Part shown: one piece after another, positions 6,284 to 14,961 of the stretch | Numbering within the stretch: the stretch's first letter is position 1 | Layout of the letters: every line of letters starts with the position of its first letter | Origin: an uncultured Gemmatimonadales bacterium | GTDB lineage: Bacteria; Gemmatimonadota; Gemmatimonadetes; Gemmatimonadales; GWC2-71-9 | Length of the DNA stretch: 64,000 nt | Assembly: GCA_963695185.1 (NCBI GenBank) | Contig: CAVOGH010000002.1 | Coordinates: 193,216 to 257,215, forward strand | Reading direction: 5' to 3' | Program-made: the position numbers and the translations under genes | The notes under the pieces: model-generated | The model's input: only the letters and a program-made list of their open reading frames with translations | Databases searched by the model: none | What the model was told of the DNA's origin: nothing

Positions 6284-7852
6284 ATGTCAAACCCCACTCC
6301 CGCGGCCCCCGACGCCGAGCCGGGCGGCTTCCCCGCCCGCGTCCGCGCCGCCAGCGAGCTGCTTGAGGCGATCATCGCCGACCGGAGCCTGCTCACCCAG
6401 ATTTCCCGCGACGAGCAGCACCGCCTGGTCCAGGCCGCCGGTCACGTCTACAGTCCCGACCCCGCTGCCCGACGGCAGCTGGTGCGCGCCACGGTGCGCC
6501 GCAGGAAGGCCGAGAAGATCAGCCGCGAGGACCAGATACTGGAGCAGACCGGCATCCGGGCCCTCCGCCGCCAGCCGGTGTACACCAGCCCCAACGTCTT
6601 CCCGCCCGAGGGTTTTGAGCAGCGGGACGTTAGCGACGATCCCGACTTCCGCGAGGTGATCGAGCTCCAGCACTGCTACGTCTGCAAGCAGAAGTATTCG
6701 GCGATCCACCACTTCTACGACCAGATGTGCCCCGCCTGCGCGGCGTTCAACTTTGCCAAGCGCACGGAGCTGGCGGACCTCACCGGCCGGGTGGCGCTGC
6801 TCACCGGTGGCCGGGTGAAGATCGGCTACCAGGCGGGGATCAAGCTGCTCCGCTCCGGCGCCCACCTGATCGTCACCACCCGCTTCCCGCGCGACTCGGC
6901 GGCCCGCTACGCCCAGGAGCCGGACTTCGCCGAGTGGGGGCACCGGCTGGAGATCTTCGGGCTGGACCTGCGGCACACGCCGAGCGTCGAGGCCTTCTGC
7001 CACGAGCTGCTGGTGACCCGGGACCGGCTGGACTTCATCATCAACAACGCCTGCCAGACGGTGCGCCGGCCGCCCGAGTTCTACGAGCACATGCTGGCGG
7101 GCGAGACGGCCGCCGAGCACGCGCTGCCCGCCGAGGCCCGACGGCTGCTGGGGAGCTACGAGGGCTGGCGCGGCGCGCACCTGCATCTCCACGGCACCGC
7201 CGCCACGCCGGTGGTGTTCGAGCGGCGGCTGGCCAACCTGGCGGGCCTCGCCAACCCGGCGGAGCTGTCGCAGGTGCCGCTCCTGCCCGAGGAGCGGAAC
7301 CCCGAGCGGCACCTCTTCCCCGAGGGCCGGCTGGACCAGGACCTGCAGCAGGTGGATCTCCGGGAGCGCAACAGCTGGCGGATGCTGATGGCGGAGGTGC
7401 CGTCGGTGGAGCTGCTGGAGGTGCAGCTGGTCAATGCCGTCGCGCCGTTCATCATCAACGCCCGGCTCAAGCCGCTGATGCTCCGCACCCCGGGACGGGA
7501 CAAGCACATCGTGAACGTCTCGGCGGTCGAGGGCCAGTTCTACCGGAACTTCAAGACCACGCGGCACCCCCACACCAACATGGCCAAGGCCGCGCTCAAC
7601 ATGATGACCCGCACCTCGGCGGCGGACTACCAGGCCGACGGCATTCACATGAACGGCGTGGACACCGGCTGGGTGACCGACGAGGACGCGGCGGAGATCG
7701 CGGCCCGGAAGGTGGCGGAGCACCGGTTCCACCCGCCGCTGGACATCGTGGACGGCGCCGCCCGGATCGTGGACCCGATCATCTCCGGGATCAACACCGG
7801 CGAGCACGTGTGGGGGAAGTTCCTGAAGGATTACCGGGAGACGGACTGGTAG
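6284..7852 (+). CDS. SDR-family oxidoreductase with long N-terminal extension containing a Cys4 motif
   Basis: Rossmann motif LLTGGRVKIGYQAG, NNAC, and MAKAALNMM in the catalytic region. The N-terminal part has CYVCKQ...CPAC. Confidence 0.8.
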   Translation: MSNPTPAAPDAEPGGFPARVRAASELLEAIIADRSLLTQISRDEQHRLVQAAGHVYSPDPAARRQLVRATVRRRKAEKISREDQILEQTGIRALRRQPVYTSPNVFPPEGFEQRDVSDDPDFREVIELQHCYVCKQKYSAIHHFYDQMCPACAAFNFAKRTELADLTGRVALLTGGRVKIGYQAGIKLLRSGAHLIVTTRFPRDSAARYAQEPDFAEWGHRLEIFGLDLRHTPSVEAFCHELLVTRDRLDFIINNACQTVRRPPEFYEHMLAGETAAEHALPAEARRLLGSYEGWRGAHLHLHGTAATPVVFERRLANLAGLANPAELSQVPLLPEERNPERHLFPEGRLDQDLQQVDLRERNSWRMLMAEVPSVELLEVQLVNAVAPFIINARLKPLMLRTPGRDKHIVNVSAVEGQFYRNFKTTRHPHTNMAKAALNMMTRTSAADYQADGIHMNGVDTGWVTDEDAAEIAARKVAEHRFHPPLDIVDGAARIVDPIISGINTGEHVWGKFLKDYRETDW

Positions 7853-7951
7853 CCGGCGGGAGGCCGTGGTCCTCCGCCAGCCCGCTACCCGCCGCGTTAA
7901 CCCGACGGCCCCGCGAGCGAGCCACGCCCGCGGAGTGTCCGCGCAGCAGAC

Positions 7952-9008
7952 TCAGGGCGATGGGCTGTAGAGGCGCGCGTCATGCGGTCCCGTGGCCGTC
8001 AGGACGCCGGCCGCGCCCTTGGCCACCCGCCACAGCGCGTGGTCAACCAGGAGATATTTCCCCGGCTCATCCAATCTGAACTCGAAGGTGCTGGCCGCGC
8101 CCGGCGGCACGTACCAGGTCTCCTGGTTGGCGCTGTACGTGGCGGGCGATCCGTCGTAGACCCGGTCGAAGATCTCCCCGATCACGTGGAAGTTGGATCC
8201 GATATTCGGACCCCCGACCCCGAAGAACAGCCGCACCCGCTCGCCGACCTTGGCCTGCAGTGGGTGGATCCTGGTAAGTGCGTCAACGTGCCCGTTGAAG
8301 GTGATGTAGTCGGGTTGTTCGGCCATGGCCTTGTCCTGGCTGAACTCCTGGTGACCCTTCTTGCCATTGGCGCCCGCGGTGTACCAGTCGCCCTGGACCA
8401 CGTAGAACTCGCGGTCCACCTGCGGCAGGCCACCCCGAGGCTCGACCACGATCGCCCCATACATCCCCTGGGAGATGTGGTAGTACGGCGGGGAGTAGGC
8501 GCAGTGATAGATGTAGGCTCCCGGCGTGCAGAGCGGTGAAGGTGAAGGTCTTGGTCTGGCCAGGAAACACATCCGTCACCGCCGCGCCACCGCCGGGACC
8601 ATTCACCGCGTGCAGGTCGATGTTGTGCGGCACCTTGCTGGTCGCTGGGTTGACCAGGGTCAGCTTGACCAGGTCTCCCTCCATGACCCGGAGCATCGGG
8701 CCCGGCACGGTCCCGTCGAAGGTCCAGAAACCATAGGTCACCGAATCGGCCAGCTCCGAGACGACTTCGAGGGAGGTCAGTGTGATCTCGACCGTCGTAG
8801 GCGTGGTTCGCCGGATCGGGGCGGGAACGTCGGCGGGGTCTCGGACCACATTCGGAACGTCCAGCGGCCTGGGCGGAGCCTGGGCAGGCGGGGCGTCAGC
8901 GGCGCTGCTGGATGGCGGCGCCTTGCAACCGGCCACGAGCGAGAGCAGCAGCGCCATGGCAGCAGCCGAGACTCGAGCCGAGAGACAGGGTGGCATGAAT
9001 CGGGACAT
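7952..9008 (-). pseudogene. nirK: Copper-containing nitrite reductase NirK (lipoprotein signal), frame disrupted near 8520-8530
   Basis: Lipobox LSLVAGC. Cu-ligand motifs HNIDLHA and YIYHCA..PP..HISQGMYG, and the C-terminal LVDHALWRVAKGAAG. The N-terminal half is in ORF 8283..9008 and the C-terminal half in ORF 7952..8572, with homology continuous across ...FTFTAL|TPGAYIYHCA. Confidence 0.8.
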
Positions 9009-9289
9009 GTGGCACCAAGGCGGGAGAGCGGTGAGCCGCTGAATTACATGTCTATATGAGCTTACGGATACCCCTGCCTCCTGCGCAAGGCGGCGCCGGA
9101 TACTCCGAATGAGTGCTCCGCGCCAAGCCCCAGACGTTCGCGTACAATGAAGCGCCGCATTGCCAATCGCTATTCATGAGAAATCCTCCGAGTTTGCCTG
9201 AACACTTCTTCAGCCCGCCTTCCCACTGAGGCACAAGTAAAGCCCTAGGTTGGACGTTACGGACACCCCGCCCGCGCGGAGGAGGATTC

Positions 9290-11155
9290 ATGACGCCCGC
9301 CACCGGCACCACAGCCGCTCCCACCCACCCCACCCGCCCGATCGAAGAGCTGGAGACGGTCGTCATCCGTCTGGCCGGCGACTCCGGCGACGGGATGCAG
9401 CTGGCGGGTGATGAGTTCGCCCAGGCGGTGGCCGCGGGGGGCAGCGATTTCGCCACCCGGCCCGACTATCCCTCCGAGATCCGGGCACCGGTGGGTACCC
9501 TGTTCGGGGTGTCGGCCTACCAGATCCAGTATTCCTCCCACGACATCTTCACCTCCGGTGACCGGCCCGACGTGCTGGTGGCGATGAACCCGGCCGCGCT
9601 GAAGCTGAACATCGCAGAGGTGAAGCCGGGCGGCATCGTGATCGCCAATACCGGCGCGTTCACCGAGTCGAACCTGACCCGTGCGGGATACCCGGCCAAC
9701 CCGCTCACCGACGGCAGCCTGGACGACTTCCGGCTGTTCCCGATAGACATCGGCGAGCTGACCGCCCTGGCGCTGGCGGACACCGGGCTCTCCAAGAAGG
9801 AGGTCGCCCGCTGCCGCAACCACTTTGCCCTCGGACTCCTGCTGTGGCTGTACCATCGGCCGCTGGAGGACGAGGTGGCCAGCATCGAGCGCCGGTTCGC
9901 CTCGGCGCCCGCGTTTGCCGCCGCGAACGTGGCCGCCCTGCGGGCGGGGTACGCCTGGGCCGATTCCAAGGAGGTCTTCCCGGTCCTCTACCAGGTGCGG
10001 CCGGCACCGCTGGCGCCCGGCACCTACCGGAGCATCACGGGGAACCACGCCACCGCGCTCGGCTTCGTGGCGGCCTCCGAGTTGTCCGGCCTCCCACTGG
10101 TGCTGGGCTCGTACCCCATCACCCCCGCCTCCGACATCATGCATGCGCTGGCCGGCCTCCGGCACTTCAACGTCACCACCTTCCAGGCGGAGGATGAGAT
10201 CGCCGGGATCTGCTCGGCGATCGGTGCCGCCTTCGGCGGGGCGCTGGGCGTCACCAGCACGTCCGGCCCGGGGATGGCGCTCAAGACCGAGGCGCTGGGG
10301 CTGGCAGTGATGCTGGAGCTGCCGCTGGTGGTGGTGAACGTCCAGCGCGGCGGGCCGTCCACCGGGCTGCCGACCCGCATCGAGCAGGCCGACCTGCTGC
10401 AGGCGCTCTACGGCCGCCCCGGCGAGTGTCCCGTCCCGGTGCTCGCGGCCCGCTCGCCGGCCGATTGCTTCGAGTGCGCCATCGAGGCGGTGCGGCTGGC
10501 GATTCGATACATGACCCCGGTGATCCTGCTCTCCGACGGTGGCATCGGCAACAGCACTGAGCCGTGGCGAGTACCGGAGCTGGGCTCGCTGGCGCCCTTC
10601 CCGGTGCGGTTCCGCACCGATCCGGCGGGGTACCAGGTCTACGCCCGCGATGAGCGCCTGGCGCGGGCCTGGGTGCGGCCGGGCACACCGGGGATGGAGC
10701 ACCGGGTGGGAGGACTCGAGAAGGACTGCCTGACCGGCAACCTCTCCGGCGACCCGGCCAACCACCAGAAGATGGTCGAGACCCGGGCGGCCAAGGTTGC
10801 CGGGATGGCCCGCGAGATCCCGCCCTGCGCCGTGCAGGGTGCGCGGGAGGGGGACCTGCTGGTGCTGTCCTGGGGCGGGACCTGGGGCGCCACCGCACAC
10901 GCGGTGGAACAGGCGCTGACCCGGGGCCGGTCGGTGGCGCACCTGCACCTCAGATTCCTGAACCCGCTGCCCGCAGATCTCGGCGCCATCCTGGAGCGCT
11001 ACCGGCAAGTGCTGGTGCCGGAGCTCAACCTGGGGCAGCTGGCGATCCTCATCCGCGACCGGTACCGGTGCGAAGTGGTCCAGCTCAACAAGGTCCAGGG
11101 GCGGCCGTTTGCCGTCGCCGAGATCCTCACCCGGATAGAGGAGCTGACAGCATGA
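9290..11155 (+). CDS. korA: 2-oxoacid:ferredoxin oxidoreductase, alpha subunit
   Basis: 621 aa with a fused gamma/alpha-type architecture (VIRLAGDSGDGMQLAGDEF...SEIRAP; YPITPASDIMH; GPGMALKTEALG). GGAGGAGG lies upstream of the ATG. Confidence 0.85.
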   Translation: MTPATGTTAAPTHPTRPIEELETVVIRLAGDSGDGMQLAGDEFAQAVAAGGSDFATRPDYPSEIRAPVGTLFGVSAYQIQYSSHDIFTSGDRPDVLVAMNPAALKLNIAEVKPGGIVIANTGAFTESNLTRAGYPANPLTDGSLDDFRLFPIDIGELTALALADTGLSKKEVARCRNHFALGLLLWLYHRPLEDEVASIERRFASAPAFAAANVAALRAGYAWADSKEVFPVLYQVRPAPLAPGTYRSITGNHATALGFVAASELSGLPLVLGSYPITPASDIMHALAGLRHFNVTTFQAEDEIAGICSAIGAAFGGALGVTSTSGPGMALKTEALGLAVMLELPLVVVNVQRGGPSTGLPTRIEQADLLQALYGRPGECPVPVLAARSPADCFECAIEAVRLAIRYMTPVILLSDGGIGNSTEPWRVPELGSLAPFPVRFRTDPAGYQVYARDERLARAWVRPGTPGMEHRVGGLEKDCLTGNLSGDPANHQKMVETRAAKVAGMAREIPPCAVQGAREGDLLVLSWGGTWGATAHAVEQALTRGRSVAHLHLRFLNPLPADLGAILERYRQVLVPELNLGQLAILIRDRYRCEVVQLNKVQGRPFAVAEILTRIEELTA

Positions 11156-12189
11156 GCCACATCATGGACACGCCCGTCCGGCTCACCCGGAAGGACTTCG
11201 TCACCGACCAGGACGTGCGCTGGTGTCCCGGCTGCGGGGACTATGCCATCCTGGCCCAGATCCAGAAGCTGCTCCCCGACCTGGGCATCCCGCGGGAGAA
11301 CTTCGTGTTCATCTCGGGCATCGGCTGCTCCAGCCGGTTTCCCTATTATGTCGAGACCTACGGGATGCACAGCATCCACGGGCGCGCCCCGGCCATCGCC
11401 ACCGGCATCAAGCTGGCCCGGCCCGAGCTGTCGGTCTGGGTAATCACCGGTGACGGCGATGCCCTGGCGATCGGCGGCAATCACTTCATCCACGCCATGC
11501 GCCGCAACGTGGACCTCAAGGTGCTGCTGTTCAACAACCAGATCTACGGGCTGACCAAGGGCCAGGCCTCGCCGACCTCGAACCTGGGCGCCCCCAGCAA
11601 GACCACCCCGCTGGGCACCATTGACCGGCCGTTCAACCCGGTGGCGCTGGCGCTGGCGGCCGGCGCCACCTTCGTGGCCCGCACCACCGACGTGGACCAG
11701 GCCCACCTGGCCGGGGTGCTGCGGCAGGCGGCGGCGCACCGGGGCACCGCGTTCGTGGAGATCTACCAGAACTGCGTGACGTTCAACGACGGTGTGTTCG
11801 ACTTGGTGACCGACGCCAGGACCCGCAACGAGCACCGCCTCCTGCTCGAAGACGGCAAGCCGCTGGTCTTCGGCGCCGACCGGGACCGCGGGATCCGCTT
11901 CTCCGGCACCCGCCCGCAGGTCGTGACCCTGCGAAGTGGCGGGGCCGAGGACGACGAATGCGCCGTGCACCATGTGAGAGAGCCCGACGGCGGCATGGCA
12001 TACCTGATTTCCCAGTTCGCGCCGCCCGAGCTGCCGCTCCCGCTCGGCGTCTTCCGCGCCGTCTCGGCGCCCACCTACGAGGAGCTCAACGCCGATGTGG
12101 GCGAACGGGCCCGGAGCCGGCACGGCGGCGGCGACCTGGCCGCGCTTCTCAGAGGAAGCAACGCCTGGACCATCGAGCAGGCCGAGTAA
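11152..12189 (+). CDS. korB: 2-oxoacid:ferredoxin oxidoreductase, beta subunit (TPP-binding)
   Basis: WCPGCGDYAIL, GIGCSSRFPYY, TGDGDALAIGGNH, NNQIYGLTKGQ. ATGA start/stop overlap with korA. Confidence 0.85.
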   Translation: MSHIMDTPVRLTRKDFVTDQDVRWCPGCGDYAILAQIQKLLPDLGIPRENFVFISGIGCSSRFPYYVETYGMHSIHGRAPAIATGIKLARPELSVWVITGDGDALAIGGNHFIHAMRRNVDLKVLLFNNQIYGLTKGQASPTSNLGAPSKTTPLGTIDRPFNPVALALAAGATFVARTTDVDQAHLAGVLRQAAAHRGTAFVEIYQNCVTFNDGVFDLVTDARTRNEHRLLLEDGKPLVFGADRDRGIRFSGTRPQVVTLRSGGAEDDECAVHHVREPDGGMAYLISQFAPPELPLPLGVFRAVSAPTYEELNADVGERARSRHGGGDLAALLRGSNAWTIEQAE

Positions 12190-12237
12190 GGACTTCCCCG
12201 CACCGCGTCCCCGTCACCCTCGAGTCAGGAGGTCGTC

Positions 12238-12705
12238 ATGTCACTCCGCGAGCTGAGAGAGTACCTCGACGAGCAGCAGGTCGAGTACGATATCATCACC
12301 CATTTGCCGTCTCATACCGCGCAGGAGACGGCGGCCGCCGCCCATGTGCCGGGCCAGGAGATGGCCAAGACGGTGATGGTCAAGGTTGATGGGGAGATGA
12401 CGATGCTGGTGCTGCCGGCGTCGATGAAGGTGGACTTCGGCCGGTTGCTGGACGCCACCGGCGCCCAGGACGTCGAGCTGGCCCAGGAGCACGAGTTCCG
12501 CGACCTCTTTCCCGACTGCGAACTGGGCGCGATGCCGCCCTTCGGCAATCTCTTCGGCCTGCCCACGATGGTCGCCGAGGAACTGACCGAGGACGAGAAG
12601 ATCGCCTTCAGCGCCGGGACCACGACCGAAGTGATCCGGCTCGCCTACCGGGACTACGCCCGGCTGGTGTGGCCGCGGGTGCTGCCGTTCCGGATCACGG
12701 TGTAG
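12238..12705 (+). CDS. YbaK/EbsC-type aminoacyl-tRNA deacylase domain protein
   Basis: 155 aa with ...AKTVMVKVDGEMTMLVLPASMKVDF...LGAMPPFGNLFGLP, typical of YbaK-like domains. Confidence 0.7.
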   Translation: MSLRELREYLDEQQVEYDIITHLPSHTAQETAAAAHVPGQEMAKTVMVKVDGEMTMLVLPASMKVDFGRLLDATGAQDVELAQEHEFRDLFPDCELGAMPPFGNLFGLPTMVAEELTEDEKIAFSAGTTTEVIRLAYRDYARLVWPRVLPFRITV

Positions 12706-12706
12706 G

Positions 12707-12741
12707 GGTTAGGCGGTTAGGCGATTAGGCGATTAGGCGAT
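12707..12741 (+). repeat. 8-bp tandem repeat, four units (GGTTAGGC x2, GATTAGGC x2), immediately after the TAG stop
   Basis: Direct reading: tag g ggttaggc ggttaggc gattaggc gattaggc gat. Confidence 0.9.
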
Positions 12742-13062
12742 CCGCTGAGCCGAGGGTAGCGAGGGCCTCGCTTGGGCGGCAGCGGGCAGCGTCACCCGAG
12801 GCGCTTCAGTCCGCGGCCGCCAGACGGGAAAACCGCCGGTTGGAGCGGGGGAAGTCCACGCCCATCCCCGAGCGCGCCCCAGCGGAGCCGGGCCGAGTAG
12901 AGCACCGCCGCGGTGCCCTCGGGCGTGACTAGGTCAAGGTACCACTCGTCCACCTGAAACATGGGGCGTCCCCCGTGCCTACGCTTTCTTCTCGCACGAA
13001 ACGTCACCTGCCCCCTGGGCCACCCATGAGGCCGGTGGTGCCGGAGGGTCGCCCGGCCCCTC

Positions 13063-13746
13063 TCAGCGCCCTGATTCGACCCAGATCCCGCCGTTCGCGC
13101 CGCTGGCGATCACCGCCTGACGCTTGACGGCACACGCCGACGAGTCGGGCAGCACAGCCCGGAGCGCCGCAATCTGCAGACGATCAAGGTGCAGCTGGAA
13201 CGGGATCACTTCAATCACCGCAGCGTGTATCACGCCGGCTGTCGGCGCACCGGTCGCAGCAGCGTGATCGTGAGCCGTCGTGGGTGCAGCGGGCGGCAGG
13301 TTCCGGCGCTCACGGACCGAGACCAGCCCGTGGACCACGATCGAGGCGGAGTCTCGCGGCAGCCTTTCACTCGGCGGCACGACCTCAGTTACGGTCCATT
13401 CTCGCAGCGAATCACCCCGCTGGCGCAGCCTCACCCACGCGGGCCGGGGCCGCGGCCTGCGGAAGGTCGAGTCGCGCGCCCGTCCCACGGCGGCGATGAC
13501 GGCCTCGGAAAAGCCCAGTGCCCGGAGGCCGTCAGGCTCGAGCCCTGCCGGAGTAAACAAGGAGTCGGGCGCCAGCGGCAGGCGGAGCGCAGGGGCGTCG
13601 TCGGAGTCTCCTCCGCCGATCAGATGGCTGGCGCAAACGTCCACGGTGGTATGCATGGCAGGGCCCGCGCGCTCCCGCCCCGCCGACACCAGTACCACGC
13701 CATTGGCCACGACAACCAGCGCCCCGGCGGCGAGAACCCACTTCAT
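13063..13746 (-). CDS. Hypothetical exported/membrane-anchored protein
   Basis: Start chosen at MKWVLAAGALVVVANGVVLV (signal/anchor), giving an ATGA overlap with the upstream gene. No family recognised with confidence. Confidence 0.5.
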   Translation of the reverse strand: MKWVLAAGALVVVANGVVLVSAGRERAGPAMHTTVDVCASHLIGGGDSDDAPALRLPLAPDSLFTPAGLEPDGLRALGFSEAVIAAVGRARDSTFRRPRPRPAWVRLRQRGDSLREWTVTEVVPPSERLPRDSASIVVHGLVSVRERRNLPPAAPTTAHDHAAATGAPTAGVIHAAVIEVIPFQLHLDRLQIAALRAVLPDSSACAVKRQAVIASGANGGIWVESGR

Positions 13747-14792
13747 TTCGCCCCCGCACACGACCAGCGCAACCGCCGCAGGAGCAGAAGCACGGCCAAG
13801 GCGAAGGCGCCGAGCAGCAGAAAGAAGGCCCACTTCGGGAGCAGGTCCCAGAACCAGTCCACCAGCCGCATGAAGAGGTACAGCACCGCTCCCGCCGATC
13901 CGATCTGCATGACCAGGCGCTGATCGCGCCGGATACCCCAGGCCACCAAGGCCGCGAGCACGACGGCGCCGACCAGCTTGTAGCCGATCTCAAGCGTGCG
14001 GAGATCCGAGCCGGCGAAGCCGCTCAGCTCCCCATTGCTCTCCACTATCAGGAGACCAAGGACGAGCACCGTCGCGCCCATGCCCCGCCACCAGGGAGCG
14101 AAGTTTGCTGGGCCGCGCATCCAGGCGGGCGCCGTCAGCGCCAGGAGTCCCACCAGCAGCAGTGGCTCGATGACGGTGAAGCCATCCCGCCACCAGAGGC
14201 CGAGCGGAATGGCCCCGAGGGTCCAGAGCCAGCCACCGATACCACCAATGCCCACGATGAGGGGAAGAGTGAGGCCATAGCCGTACGCGAGCAGCATGGC
14301 AAAGCCACCGACGGCCAGGAGGGCGGTGCGGGAATCGGGGAGGTTGTAGAGCTGGCCCAGGGTGCCGAGGTTGGTGGCAAAGGCGATCGCGGCCACCGTG
14401 CCAAGCAGCGAGGCGACGTAGCCGGAGCGCTCCCACGCCGCGGCGACATGGGTGAGCCCGGCGAGCACTAGCGGAGGCAGGATGACGAGCGCCAGTTGCA
14501 GCGGCAGAACCAGGGCACCCCAGTGGGCACTGACGAAGAGCGCGTAGGCCGCCGAGAGCGCGATCGTGCCAAGCAGCGTGGCGATCTGCATTCCGGCCGA
14601 GAGCCGGGCTGCGGAAGCGTTGAGGTCCACGTCGCCATGCGCCGCGAGGGCCGAAAGGGTGGCGTCGTGGTGAGCGCGAATCTGGTCGCGCGCCGCCGGG
14701 TCGAGGGCGACCACCCCTTCCCGCTCGAGCCGCGCGAGTTCCTCGCGGAAGGCAATGATGGCAGATGCCCGAACCTGATCAGCGGAGGGCAT
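13743..14792 (-). CDS. Polytopic membrane protein (DUF2157-like)
   Basis: Soluble N-terminal helix region (IIAFREELARLEREGVV) followed by about 9 hydrophobic segments. Strong GC3 bias. Confidence 0.55.
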   Translation of the reverse strand: MPSADQVRASAIIAFREELARLEREGVVALDPAARDQIRAHHDATLSALAAHGDVDLNASAARLSAGMQIATLLGTIALSAAYALFVSAHWGALVLPLQLALVILPPLVLAGLTHVAAAWERSGYVASLLGTVAAIAFATNLGTLGQLYNLPDSRTALLAVGGFAMLLAYGYGLTLPLIVGIGGIGGWLWTLGAIPLGLWWRDGFTVIEPLLLVGLLALTAPAWMRGPANFAPWWRGMGATVLVLGLLIVESNGELSGFAGSDLRTLEIGYKLVGAVVLAALVAWGIRRDQRLVMQIGSAGAVLYLFMRLVDWFWDLLPKWAFFLLLGAFALAVLLLLRRLRWSCAGAK

Positions 14793-14961
14793 TCCGCAAC
14801 GTACGGCCGGCGGGCGTCCAGTGGAAGAGGAGCGATCAGCGGAAATGCGAGTACGCCACCAGCAGATGAGCGCGACTGAAACCTGTGGCTCAGAATCTCC
14901 GCCCGGACAGGGCGTCGCCCTTCAACTCCCGGCACACACGCGCGAGTCGCCGCCCCGCCTC

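Noticed and set aside
9009-9289. An FNR/NnrR-type box (TTGAT-N4-ATCAA) or other operator in the nirK/korA divergent region.
   Set aside because: The region is relatively AT-rich and surely holds promoters, but I could not find a convincing palindrome. Only the GGAGGAGG ribosome-binding site of korA is clear.
12792-13007. A 71-aa minus-strand ORF whose MFQVDEWYLDLVTPEGTAAVLYSARLRWG segment faintly resembles the N-terminus of CrtC/AttH-like hydratases.
   Set aside because: It is too short, the resemblance is weak and from memory only, and its C-terminus runs into repeat-derived sequence. It may be a gene remnant, but I cannot support a call.
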